From contig JBOFUV010000050.1 in assembly GCA_051652765.1 (NCBI GenBank), positions 1 to 50,593 of the forward strand: a DNA stretch of 50,593 bases, in the 5' to 3' direction. A program made the position numbers and the translations under genes. How positions within the stretch are numbered: the stretch's first letter is position 1; every line of letters begins with the position of its first letter. Shown here one piece after another: positions 18,066 to 27,837 of the stretch. Under the pieces are notes generated by a model that had not been told where the DNA came from, did not search any database, and saw nothing but the letters and a program-made list of their open reading frames with translations. This stretch comes from Microcoleaceae cyanobacterium. Its GTDB lineage: Bacteria > Cyanobacteriota > Cyanobacteriia > Cyanobacteriales > Microcoleaceae.

Positions 18066-19292
18066 ATGATCGACACAGGTGTCAAGGCTAGGGATTTCGA
18101 TCTGACTGCTGCTGAACTTTCTCAATACTGGCTGCTGGATGCAGACACTACTTATCTCAATCATGGATCGTTTGGGGCCTGTCCCATTCCAGTGCTGAAC
18201 TATCAACAAGACTTGCGAACTCAACTGGAACGTAATCCGGTTCACTTTTTTGTGCGGGAGTTTGAGCCGTTATTGGATCAGGCCCGGAGCGCACTAGCTC
18301 AATTTGTCGGGGCAGAGCCTACAACGTTAGCCTTTGTCCCCAACGCCACCACAGGAGTCAACTGTGTTTTGCGATCGCTACCCTTTTCAGGCCGGGATGA
18401 GTTGCTCACCACAAATCATGAGTATAATGCCTGTCGCAATGCTTTAGATTTCGTCGCTCAGAGCAGTGGGGCCAAGGTTACGGTTGCTGAAATTCCCTTT
18501 CCTTTGACCTCTGACAATCAAGGAGTTGAAACGATTTTAAACCGGTTGACCCCTCAAACTCGGCTCGTGCTGCTTGACCATGTGACCAGTCAAACGGGTT
18601 TGATTTTACCGATTCAATCCCTGGTTCACGAATTGGCCCAACGAGGAGTCGATACCTTAGTGGATGGGGCTCACGCTCCTGGGATGTTGCCCTTGAACTT
18701 GACTGATCTTGGGGCGGCTTACTACACAGGCAACTGTCACAAATGGCTCTGTGCGCCAAAAGGGGCGGCATTTTTGTATGTGCGACCGGACAAACAAGCC
18801 CAGATTCGTCCCCTGACCATCAGTCATGGGGCCAATTCGCTCCGGAGCGATCGCCCTCGCTTTTTGTTGGAGTTTGATTGGATGGGCACAGATGACCCCA
18901 CGGCAGTCTTGTCAGTGGCTGCAGCGATTCAGTTCATGGGTTCAGTCTTGCCTGGAGGTTGGCCAAGTCTGATGGCCCAGAATCATCAGCTTGCTGTAGC
19001 CGCTCGTCGCCTCCTCTGTGATCGGCTCGACATTCCTCAGCCTTGTCCCGATGACTGGATGGGCGCAATGGCTTCAATTCCACTCACCGCAAAGTGGCGA
19101 TTCGTGCCTGACTTACAAGAGCAACTTTGGCAAAGGTTTCGGATTGAAGTCCCGATCATTCCTTGGGGAAGCTCTAGCCAACAGAACACCAGTCAACAAT
19201 GGCTGCGAATTTCGGCCCAAATTTACAACACCTTGTCGCAGTACGAACAGTTGGCAGCAGCACTGTTGACCATCTACCAGGGCCAATCCTAA
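18066..19292 (+). CDS. PLP-dependent aminotransferase class V (isopenicillin N epimerase/Egt2-like lyase family)
   Basis: YLNHGSFGA, VDGAHAPG, GNCHKWLCAPKG (PLP Lys). ATG at 18066 chosen as start. Confidence 0.85.
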   Translation: MIDTGVKARDFDLTAAELSQYWLLDADTTYLNHGSFGACPIPVLNYQQDLRTQLERNPVHFFVREFEPLLDQARSALAQFVGAEPTTLAFVPNATTGVNCVLRSLPFSGRDELLTTNHEYNACRNALDFVAQSSGAKVTVAEIPFPLTSDNQGVETILNRLTPQTRLVLLDHVTSQTGLILPIQSLVHELAQRGVDTLVDGAHAPGMLPLNLTDLGAAYYTGNCHKWLCAPKGAAFLYVRPDKQAQIRPLTISHGANSLRSDRPRFLLEFDWMGTDDPTAVLSVAAAIQFMGSVLPGGWPSLMAQNHQLAVAARRLLCDRLDIPQPCPDDWMGAMASIPLTAKWRFVPDLQEQLWQRFRIEVPIIPWGSSSQQNTSQQWLRISAQIYNTLSQYEQLAAALLTIYQGQS

Positions 19293-19377
19293 AGTAGATC
19301 CAATCCAAAAAACTGTAGCCAATCTCGCTGAAGTGTACCCAGAGAGTTGCTAAGTTACGTTACACTAAAAAGAATTT

Positions 19378-19453
19378 TTTGGCTGTAGCCAAATCAATAA
19401 CCTTTGGCTGCAGCCGAATGAACCAACCTTTGGCTGGAGCCAAATCAATCAAC
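19378..19453. repeat. Three tandem ~25-bp units each containing the palindrome TTTGGCT-NN-AGCCAAA
   Basis: TTTGGCTGTAGCCAAA (19378), TTTGGCTGCAGCCGAA (19403), TTTGGCTGGAGCCAAA (19429); a partial copy at ~19311. Confidence 0.8.
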
Positions 19454-20245
19454 ATGAATCAAGCGAAGTTCGGTGAAAGTCAGGAGCAGGGTTGCTGGGG
19501 CAAAGTTTATTTGGTTGGAGCAGGGCCGGGAGATCCTGGACTCATGACCCTGAAAGGCAAAGGACTACTGCAATGTGCTGATGTGGTTGTCTATGATGCT
19601 TTGGTCAGTTTGCCCATTTTGGCGATGATCAATCCCCAGGCTGAACAGATTCATGCGGGAAAACGTCGAGGTCGTCACTCCCTGTTGCAAACTGAAACGA
19701 CTCAACTTTTAATCGAGAAAGCTAAGCATCATGCCATTGTCGTGCGGCTCAAAGGAGGTGATCCCTTTATCTTTGGGCGTGGTGGAGAAGAAATGGAAGA
19801 TCTGGTTGCAGCGGGGATTGCTGTTGAGATAGTTCCGGGAATCACCTCTGGAATTGCCGCGCCAGCTTATTTAGGAATTCCCTTAACCCATCGCCGTTAT
19901 AGTTCCTCAGTCACGTTTGTCACGGGTCATGAGGCGACGGGGAAATATCGACCTCAAGTTAACTGGCAGGCGATCGCCCACGGCTCAGAGACCATTGTGG
20001 TCTATATGGGCCTTCATAATTTAGCTCACATTACGACAGAACTATTGACCGCAGGGCTAACCCCAAGTACTCCCATTGCCCTAGTGCGGTGGGGAACGCG
20101 CCCAGAACAGGAGGCTCTGAAGGGAGAGTTGGGAACGATTGTCCAACAGGTTGAACAAGTAGGGTTTGAGGCTCCTGCGATCGCGATCATTGGTTCAGTC
20201 GTGGGTCTTCATGAGATTCTGCCAACCCTTCACTCTACGCTTTAA
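19454..20245 (+). CDS. cobA: Uroporphyrinogen-III C-methyltransferase
   Basis: VYLVGAGPGDPGL, RLKGGDPFIFGRGGEE, VPGITSG. ATG at 19454 chosen as start. Confidence 0.95.
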   Translation: MNQAKFGESQEQGCWGKVYLVGAGPGDPGLMTLKGKGLLQCADVVVYDALVSLPILAMINPQAEQIHAGKRRGRHSLLQTETTQLLIEKAKHHAIVVRLKGGDPFIFGRGGEEMEDLVAAGIAVEIVPGITSGIAAPAYLGIPLTHRRYSSSVTFVTGHEATGKYRPQVNWQAIAHGSETIVVYMGLHNLAHITTELLTAGLTPSTPIALVRWGTRPEQEALKGELGTIVQQVEQVGFEAPAIAIIGSVVGLHEILPTLHSTL

Positions 20246-20374
20246 GTCAATTTAAAAGCCCTAGTGAGAATCCGTCTAGTAGAATTTGTACCAGTATAAA
20301 TACTCTCTGGTATTAGCATTACTAACCATGACACAATTCTTGAGTAATCCAACCCGATAAACGAAGGATTGAGC

Positions 20375-21505
20375 ATGACAACAACCAATACACAGCCTCA
20401 AGCCAGATCATTAACTCATCTGTTAAGCTCCTTCCAGCTTGGCAACTTAACCCTCAAAAACCGAGTCGTACTGGCTCCGATGACCCGTTCTCGTGCCGGA
20501 GTAGAACGAACCCCCAATAGCCTGATGGCTGAGTATTATGCCCAACGGTCATCGGCAGGATTGATCATTACAGAGGCCACAGTCATTTCAGCCCAAGCAA
20601 ACGGTTGGGAACAGACCCCCGGAATCTACTCCGATGAACATACAGAAGCTTGGAAACCTGTGGTTGAGGCAGTTCATGCCAAAGGAACTCCGATTTTTAT
20701 GCAGCTTTGGCATTGTGGACGGGCCTCCCACAGTAGTTTTCAACTTAATGGACAACTGCCCGTGGCCCCCTCTGCCCTTAAGTTGAACGGGGACTACATT
20801 CATACCCCCAAGGGCAAGGAAGCCTACGAAACCCCGAGGGCGTTGGCAACAGAAGAGGTCGCCAGCATTGTGGAGGATTATCGCCAAGCCGCCGAACGAG
20901 CCAAGGTCGCCGGATTTGACGGGATAGAAATTCATGGGGCAAACGGTTACTTAATTGATGAATTTCTTCAGTCCAAAACTAATCACCGCCCGGATCAATA
21001 TGGCGGCAGTGTGGAGAATCGCTATCGGTTTCTGAAAGAAATTACAGAAGCAATTCTCACTGTTTTTCCAGCCAATCAAGTTGCAGTCCGACTCTCTCCC
21101 AATGGTGTATTCAATGACATGGGTTCCCCAGACTATCGAGAAGCTTTTCTCTATATTGCTGAACAGTTGAATCTCTATGGACTGGCCTATTTACATTTAG
21201 TGGATGGTCTCGCCTTTGGATTTCATGAATTAGGAGAACCAATGACCTTAGCAGAATTTCGTAACGTATTCTCCGGGCCGCTGATGGGGAACTGTGGCTA
21301 CACCGAAGACACTGCAGAAGCTGCGATTCAGGCCGGAGATGCAGACTTAATTGCCTTCGGACGGCCCTATATCAGCAATCCTGATTTAGTCGAACGGTTT
21401 ACGAATCATTGGCCATTAAATCCTCCAGCAGAGATGAAAGATTGGTATTCCTTTAGTCCAACAGGATATATTGATTTTCCATCTTATTCAGAATTAGAAC
21501 GCTAA
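20375..21505 (+). CDS. nemA: Old Yellow Enzyme alkene reductase (NemA-like)
   Basis: LAPMTRSRA, QLWHCGR, EIHGANGYL, FGRPYISNPDL. Confidence 0.92.
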   Translation: MTTTNTQPQARSLTHLLSSFQLGNLTLKNRVVLAPMTRSRAGVERTPNSLMAEYYAQRSSAGLIITEATVISAQANGWEQTPGIYSDEHTEAWKPVVEAVHAKGTPIFMQLWHCGRASHSSFQLNGQLPVAPSALKLNGDYIHTPKGKEAYETPRALATEEVASIVEDYRQAAERAKVAGFDGIEIHGANGYLIDEFLQSKTNHRPDQYGGSVENRYRFLKEITEAILTVFPANQVAVRLSPNGVFNDMGSPDYREAFLYIAEQLNLYGLAYLHLVDGLAFGFHELGEPMTLAEFRNVFSGPLMGNCGYTEDTAEAAIQAGDADLIAFGRPYISNPDLVERFTNHWPLNPPAEMKDWYSFSPTGYIDFPSYSELER

Positions 21506-21643
21506 CCTTTAGAGGGTCGTTGTAGTCAGTGAGGCGGAAAGCCTAATTGAGTGCCGAAAAAACATCGCGATCGCAGATAGAAATTTAGATTGTACTTCAA
21601 CTGGATTGCAGCGATCCTCAACTTTAGATCCTCAACTTCAAGC

Positions 21644-21809
21644 GGGTCACACCCCCATAAACCGTTGAGGCTTTCCGAAACCCAAGCAGGTGAAACTGTT
21701 CCGAGTCACGGTCATCTACTGGGTCAAACAAGTTGGACGGTTGCTACCCGATGCCTATGCTCCTGAGATCCAACCTCAGGTCGATGCGGATGCCCCAGTG
21801 GAGTTGCTT
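21644..21809 (-). ncRNA. ssaA: 6S RNA (cyanobacterial SsaA type)
   Basis: Minus strand reads AAGCAACTCCACTGGGGCATCCGCA...ACTCGGAACAGTTTCACCTGCTTGGGTTTCGGAAAGCCTCAACGGTTTATGGGGGTG, the cyanobacterial 6S pattern with complementary ends. Exact ends are approximate. Confidence 0.85.
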
Positions 21810-21846
21810 TAATTCTCTTTAGAAAATTCGCTGAATTGATGAACAG

Positions 21847-22845
21847 TCATCTTCGTTGTGAAGTGCTGATAAAGTCTTCTGATGTAATCTGATCAGGGGT
21901 TAAAACTGGAGTTATTCCATCCCCACCCACCGCACTAGAAATCACAGCCAGGATTTGACTTGTTAAAGCAATGCTAATTATGATGTCGTCGGGATTAAGA
22001 CCTGTAGGGTTAACCGTGACCATTTCTCCGTTGCTCAAACTGAAGTCAAAATTAAATGTGTTTCCATATCGACTAATCAGCAGTTCATCTGGGCTGAGTC
22101 CGGAATCTAATCCTAACGCTTCAACAGCGGGATCAAACTGCAATCCAAGCTTGTCAATGCCGTCCTCAAAATCGACGATTCGATCAAGCCCAAAGTTCAC
22201 ACTGATAACAAAGACATCGGGTTCACCATCTCCAGTAAATAGGGTTCCAGAGCTTCTATCAACCTCCGGTGGTTCGCCCACAATACCTCCAATTAGTACG
22301 TCATAACCATTTCCCCCACTGAGAAAATCTGACCCTTTACCTCCAAGTAAATTGTCATTTCCACTATCTCCAAACATAAATTCGTTACTGAGGCCACCGA
22401 AAAATACATCGTTACCGTCGCCTCCATAGGAGTAATCAATATCTCCAACCCCTTCCGAACCTTCAAAAGTATCATTTCCATCACCCCCTATTGCTGTATC
22501 ATCACCTAATCCGCCTATTAATAGGTCATTACCTAAGCCCCCTTGACCAATATCTTTTCCTAAGCCACCCAGGAAGGTATCATCTCCAATACTGCCTGTG
22601 AAAGTATCATCTCCCTGGTTGCCGTTAAAATTGACTGATCCTAAACCATAGTTAGTTACCGAATCATTGCCCCCTTTCCCATAAATAAGCTTGAATAGTC
22701 CATCGTCAGTCACATAGTCCAATGAATCATCATCACCGACAAATTCGCCTTCCCCTACCAAAATCAGATCTGCTCTTGGGTCAATTTGGACAGTCCCAGG
22801 AATAACATAGCCCCCAGGCGAAACAGGTAACGCAATAACAGTCAT
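21847..22845 (-). CDS. RTX/hemolysin-type calcium-binding secreted protein
   Basis: Many GGxGxD nonapeptides (GGLGKD, GGLGND, GGDGND, GGKGSD) and DRIVDFEDGIDKLGL. Confidence 0.88.
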   Translation of the reverse strand: MTVIALPVSPGGYVIPGTVQIDPRADLILVGEGEFVGDDDSLDYVTDDGLFKLIYGKGGNDSVTNYGLGSVNFNGNQGDDTFTGSIGDDTFLGGLGKDIGQGGLGNDLLIGGLGDDTAIGGDGNDTFEGSEGVGDIDYSYGGDGNDVFFGGLSNEFMFGDSGNDNLLGGKGSDFLSGGNGYDVLIGGIVGEPPEVDRSSGTLFTGDGEPDVFVISVNFGLDRIVDFEDGIDKLGLQFDPAVEALGLDSGLSPDELLISRYGNTFNFDFSLSNGEMVTVNPTGLNPDDIIISIALTSQILAVISSAVGGDGITPVLTPDQITSEDFISTSQRR

Positions 22846-22940
22846 ATATCGAGAAAGCCAAAGTTCTTTTTAGTTCTAGCGCACTTTCAAAAACCCCAAA
22901 TAATCTAAGATTTCTTTAGATTATCTGGCTTGGGTTTGAT

Positions 22941-23453
22941 CTAAAGTTGTTCGAGTGAGAGTAATCTTGAACTGAAGCTTTCAAGTACAGCGTTTAATCC
23001 CACTTCAGTTTCCATCCTGTAATTCTCCGTTGCTATGATTGTCTGAAATTCTTTAGGTATTGGGATCTCAATGTTAAAGGTGGCATCAGGTAGAAATACA
23101 GTATTTTCTAGAGTAAATCCACCATTGACTAACAGAATATCTTTGGCACTTTCAGTTGTTACAAAAATTCGCTTATCAAAGTTGTTCAAATCATCAATTT
23201 GCGTCACTCCGTCAATAACTTCACGGGGAGTAATACTGTCAGTCAGTAGCTCATCTTGAACAATTTTAACTTTAATACCTAAATATGCATCACCCAGGCT
23301 GGCTTCAATGAAATCAACATCGATTCCTGAGAACATCTGGTTAAGTAGATCTGAATTATCAATAGCGTTACCCCAGCCCTCTAGTATGAAACCCGCTTCT
23401 GTTTCAGGATTGGAAATAAACAGAGCATTTCCAAACTGACGTAGCTCAACTTG
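22941..23453 (-). pseudogene. Probable 5'-truncated gene remnant (hypothetical protein)
   Basis: The 131-aa ORF frame stays open and protein-like for 39 codons upstream of its ATG (QVELRQFGNALFISNPETEAGFILEGWG...) up to an in-frame TAG, with no start codon. Confidence 0.4.
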
Positions 23454-23742
23454 CTACAAACCAGTGAGTCAAATCAAGATTTCTTGGATAGAAGTTTGAA
23501 AAAAGCAATGAATCATGAGTTTTTAACTCTTCAAAAATCAAGATGAAGAACTAGGTGTTCCCTTCTACGAATCGGTGAACCAGTTGTTAGATGACCAATT
23601 TTATGACACTTTGTCCGGTCAGCAAGCTTACAAGTGCTTCGCCTGCCGGATCAAAAAAGCTTAAGTAGAATGAAACGATTTTTTAGCGCTTGCCTTGGTT
23701 TAACTCTCTATGACACACTATGGGAGTTGAGGTTCAGGATGG

Positions 23743-24639
23743 ATGACTCCTTACCAACAGGCTCAATTTTTTTCCCAACTTGCAACTTTGCTTGATTCTG
23801 GCTTGACCGTGCCAAGAAGTCTAGAGAAAGTAATGCAGGGATGTTCGCCGCAGTTAGAACGTCAGCTCAACCGAGTGGCCGTTTCAATGTCCCTGGGAGA
23901 TAGCTTTTCGACTTCCCTAGCCCAAGTTCCCAGAATGTTGGATCAATGGACGATTGGCTTGATTCAGGTGGCAGAGTCAAAGGGAGCCCTGGCAGAGATG
24001 TGTGATTCTATTGCAGAAGTTGCCCAACAACAACACCGAAGGCATCAGCTTTATCGGTCTGTACAACTTGCAGGGCTAACGACTTTATTCTGTGTTCTCG
24101 TGCTCTTGGCCGCCCTAGTACTAATGTCCCGTTTTTCTCAAAAGGGACTCTTATCCCTCGGGATTCTAATTGTGCTGGTGAGTTTGGTTTCCCCAGAACT
24201 CGTTCCTCGACTTCCTGTGGTGAATAGAATTTTGACGGCCCGTTCTATGCTGAAACTGGCAGATTTGGAGTTGCCATTAAACTGGGGAGTTCCTCTCCTG
24301 CAAGCACTGGAGTTGATGCGCGATCGCCTGCCCCGTTCAGATTTGTCTCTCTCATTGTCTGTCGCCCTGGGTCAAATTCCCGCAGGTCAAACCTTAAGCC
24401 AGAGTCTAGAGGGTCGATTGCCCCCAATTGCCCTGCAAATGATTCGGACGGGGGAGGAAACAGGAAATTTGAGCATGGCACTACACAAACTGAGAGAGTA
24501 CTATGATCGAGAACTGGAACGTACCCTCCGACTCCTCCAAGGGATTTTGATTCCAGTGAGTCTCCTCGCCGCAGGCAGTGTGGTGGTCTTCCTACTGGTT
24601 CAAGCGTTGACTTCCTTGTTGATTTTGCTTCCAGATTAG
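23743..24639 (+). CDS. Type II secretion system F / PilC-like membrane protein
   Basis: FFSQLATLLDSGL, QMIRTGEETGNL, three TM segments. Confidence 0.85.
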   Translation: MTPYQQAQFFSQLATLLDSGLTVPRSLEKVMQGCSPQLERQLNRVAVSMSLGDSFSTSLAQVPRMLDQWTIGLIQVAESKGALAEMCDSIAEVAQQQHRRHQLYRSVQLAGLTTLFCVLVLLAALVLMSRFSQKGLLSLGILIVLVSLVSPELVPRLPVVNRILTARSMLKLADLELPLNWGVPLLQALELMRDRLPRSDLSLSLSVALGQIPAGQTLSQSLEGRLPPIALQMIRTGEETGNLSMALHKLREYYDRELERTLRLLQGILIPVSLLAAGSVVVFLLVQALTSLLILLPD

Positions 24640-24881
24640 CGCGAGTTAGAGGGACAGATTTCTATAAGAGCGATCCTAAATCAATTCTGAGAAAACCAGA
24701 GAGGGGTTTAGGGACTGTGTCTCTAAGGAGGGGAACGCCCGCCATCCCTGTCTTACAAATCATTTAACACTGCTATAGATTCCAAAGATTCAAAAAAATT
24801 ATCTTTGTGATCTTGTGCAACGCAGCGACTCCATTTAAGCTGTATGCAGCACTAAAGTGTTTCATTTCACTAAATTTAAAG

Positions 24882-25580
24882 ATGAAATTGCAAGTATTTA
24901 AACGGTTTCGTCCTGGGTTGATGCTCAGCGCAATTGCTGGAGTACTATTTACTGGTGCTAGCGCAGTTGCTGCAGATCGCGTAGTTCTGACCTACGGCCC
25001 ATTCCAGGCTCCTATCAATGTCAGTGACCTAAAAGAATTTGCGGAGACCGGAGAGAAGACCAAGACAATTAGTCAAATTGTCGGATTCTCTGGGGTTGAG
25101 GAAGACACTCTGCGGGGACTGATGACTTTGGAAATCGGCTTTGATCTTGTGCCTTTTTCCTGTCTGATCTGTAGCCCTACTGGTGTTGAACTGATTAAGG
25201 AGATGGCCCTAACAGTTCGTACCCATCGTCGTGTTGAAAATATGGCCGCAATCCACGCTGCCATGATTAACGCGGTTAGTGATGATGGCAAGATTTCCTT
25301 CATCGATTTTCTGGAAAAATATCCTGTTCCAGGATTGTATGTAGATGTTGGCAACATTCCTGAAACCGTTGATCGGCTGCAAAGCTTGGCTGGAGACGTG
25401 GACAAGTTTCTGAAAGATGCAACCAAGTACGGCAAGGGAGGCTGTACCGTCCAAGAGGTGGATTTTCCAGATCCTGCTCCCGCTCCTGTTAGACCTACGC
25501 CTCCGCCCCCTCAGCCCCGGCCCCCAGTAGTTCCACCACCTGCTCCTGCTCCTATACCTCCGGTTAGAGGTCTGTGGTAA
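24882..25580 (+). CDS. Exported DUF1400-type protein with Pro-rich tail ending PPVRGLW
   Basis: Signal peptide (...ASAVAADRVVLTYGP), DLKEFAETG, DGKISFIDFLEKYP. ATG at 24882 chosen as start. Confidence 0.75.
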   Translation: MKLQVFKRFRPGLMLSAIAGVLFTGASAVAADRVVLTYGPFQAPINVSDLKEFAETGEKTKTISQIVGFSGVEEDTLRGLMTLEIGFDLVPFSCLICSPTGVELIKEMALTVRTHRRVENMAAIHAAMINAVSDDGKISFIDFLEKYPVPGLYVDVGNIPETVDRLQSLAGDVDKFLKDATKYGKGGCTVQEVDFPDPAPAPVRPTPPPPQPRPPVVPPPAPAPIPPVRGLW

Positions 25581-25603
25581 GTTTGGTGCTTGGAAATTGA
25601 TTG

Positions 25604-25642
25604 AAAAAGGGATTGAGATATTAGTTTCTCAATTCCTTTTTT
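25604..25642 (+). terminator. Rho-independent terminator
   Basis: AAAAAGGGATTGAGA-tattagtt-TCTCAATTCCTTTTTT, 23 bp after the stop. Confidence 0.75.
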
Positions 25643-25668
25643 ATCGCCAACTTTAAGTTGATTATCTT

Positions 25669-26130
25669 GTGAATCTTTTCACTGGGCTGGCTTTATTGCT
25701 ACTTACTCTGACCTACTTTGTGGTTGGCTGTGACCTATTGAAGCTTCAATTTGAACCCCACGTTTGGGGCGTGATTGCTTTAACAATTGTCTTGCTAGCT
25801 GTTCTGGTGACGACTCCAACGACCGTTCTCAAAAGACCCATTTTTAAATGGTTTCAGTCTGATATCGGCACATTTATTTCGGTGCTTGGCGGATCTGTAA
25901 CAATCGTGATTATGTTTACGCTTCTGCAACTCTTTGTAACATTTTTGCTGGTTATGTCTGCCACGCTGCTGGCTCGTATGGAACTGCAAAATGCTAAACA
26001 CAGTAGTTGTCTGGCATTTGTCCTCTTAACGCTATTACCCTTTGCAGGCTTGGGACTGAGTTGGCAGCTCAGTCGCTGGATACAGCTTCAGTCTCTACAT
26101 TCCCAATTAACTGAAAGGCTATTTTTCTAG
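25669..26130 (+). CDS. Hypothetical multi-pass membrane protein
   Basis: 153-aa ORF that is mostly hydrophobic helices. Confidence 0.6.
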   Translation: MNLFTGLALLLLTLTYFVVGCDLLKLQFEPHVWGVIALTIVLLAVLVTTPTTVLKRPIFKWFQSDIGTFISVLGGSVTIVIMFTLLQLFVTFLLVMSATLLARMELQNAKHSSCLAFVLLTLLPFAGLGLSWQLSRWIQLQSLHSQLTERLFF

Positions 26131-26739
26131 GAGTTGCGTCGGCCCCAAGTACTTTGCGAGATAAGGAGAAAAGACTTCATAAATCAAGGTTAGAGGCTTG
26201 CCATGATGCCAAAATAAATAATGCCGTCCCCAAAAAGGCCCAGTTTCCCCAAAAGATGCCTCCAAGGCTCTAGAACTTCCATAGTAAATCCCTTGAACAT
26301 CACGATAGAGTTCGGTTCGCAAGCGAGCTAAACTTGCCCAGATCGGCAGAGCCCGGTTCTGTAGATATTCATCCACATGACTTGCCTCCCACCAGGAAGT
26401 CGCATAAGCCAACCGCTGACCTGATGAGGTTCGCAGCCAAACCTGGCGACGCAATCTCGGCCCCGGAACAGCTTGAATTAGGTCGGGGGCTCCATCCGTG
26501 TCCATGTCGATGGCAGACATATCAATTACATCAACTTCTGTGGATTCTCCAGTCAACAGTTGCAAATGGCGAGTGGGAGAGCCGTCCCCTAGCAGCAAGA
26601 TCTGCCAAGCTGGCGCCAGTTGACCATGAGGCAACCCTCTGCGAACAATAGATTCATCCCCGTGCCAGTGAGAATTGAGACGGTGCCAAGGGGCTGGCTG
26701 TTTTAAGGGTTCAGATACTTTCTCTAAACTAGCAGTCAA
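26119..26739 (-). CDS. Chorismate pyruvate-lyase (UbiC-like, DUF98/Ycf21)
   Basis: LLGDGSPTRHL, RLRRQVWL, YATSWW, LIYEVFSP. Confidence 0.88.
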   Translation of the reverse strand: MTASLEKVSEPLKQPAPWHRLNSHWHGDESIVRRGLPHGQLAPAWQILLLGDGSPTRHLQLLTGESTEVDVIDMSAIDMDTDGAPDLIQAVPGPRLRRQVWLRTSSGQRLAYATSWWEASHVDEYLQNRALPIWASLARLRTELYRDVQGIYYGSSRALEASFGETGPFWGRHYLFWHHGKPLTLIYEVFSPYLAKYLGPTQLLEK

Positions 26740-26823
26740 TGGCTTTTACAAAACTTAACCTCATCAATACTGTAATGTTTTTCTGTAGATTTGAGCAAGG
26801 TCATTTGTGAACCGGGCAATTAC

Positions 26824-27726
26824 ATGAAGATCGGAATAGTTGGTTTGGGCTTGATTGGGGGTTCGATTGGCTTGGAATTGTCAACCGTGCGGAATAGTCC
26901 CACCCATTTTTCCCATCGGTTTCAGGCGATCGCGCCTTCAGAACCCTGGCTCAACACCCAGATTCTTGGGGTCAGCCGTCGCCAACAGACCTGTGAACGA
27001 GCGGTGGCCCTTGGGGCCGTTGATACAGCCAGTGAGAATCTAGCGTCCTTGGCTGAAGCAGACATCGTGTTAATCTGTACTCCTATTGGGCTGATTCAAC
27101 CGACTATTGAACAGTTAGTTCCCATCCTCCAACCGAATGCGATTATCACTGACGTGGGCTCTGTTAAACAGCCTATTGTTGAGTCCATTGACCAACTTTG
27201 GCCCAATTTTGTCGGGGGACATCCGATGGCTGGAACTGCCGAACAGGGCATTGACGCGGCACTGCTGAATTTATTTGTGAACAGGCCCTATGTGATCACG
27301 CCCAGTGAAAGTACCCCCACGGCTGCAACTCAAGCTGTTACCCATTTAGCCCAGGTCTTGGGAGCCAATGTCATTCAGTGTTCGGCGGCTGACCATGATC
27401 AAGCAGTTGCTTGGATTTCCCACCTGCCTGTGATGGTCAGTGCCAGTCTGATCGCGGCAACTCAGACCGAACAACAGCCCTCGGTTATGCAGCTTGCCTG
27501 TCAACTGGCAAGTTCAGGATTTCGAGATACGAGTCGGGTGGGCGGGGGCAATCCTGAATTGGGGATGATGATGGCTCAATACAATCGGCAGGCTGTGTTG
27601 CGATCGCTCTCGGCCTATCGTCAAGCGTTGGATCAAATCACTGAGCAGATTGAACAGGAAAACTGGCCCGCGTTGGCGGAAAAACTGACTCAAACTCAGA
27701 GCGATCGCGGGAAATTCAATCTTTAA
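26824..27726 (+). CDS. tyrA: Prephenate/arogenate dehydrogenase
   Basis: IVGLGLIGGS, TDVGSVK, GGHPMAG, HDQAVAWISHLP, GFRDTSR. Confidence 0.93.
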   Translation: MKIGIVGLGLIGGSIGLELSTVRNSPTHFSHRFQAIAPSEPWLNTQILGVSRRQQTCERAVALGAVDTASENLASLAEADIVLICTPIGLIQPTIEQLVPILQPNAIITDVGSVKQPIVESIDQLWPNFVGGHPMAGTAEQGIDAALLNLFVNRPYVITPSESTPTAATQAVTHLAQVLGANVIQCSAADHDQAVAWISHLPVMVSASLIAATQTEQQPSVMQLACQLASSGFRDTSRVGGGNPELGMMMAQYNRQAVLRSLSAYRQALDQITEQIEQENWPALAEKLTQTQSDRGKFNL

Positions 27727-27837
27727 TTCAATCCTGAAATTCAATCTTTAAAGTCTGGCTCTATTGACATCCAATCTCCCTTGAATCAACTTGGTAGATG
27801 TTGCCGACTTAGTTCACGGTCTTCTATTCTTCAAATC

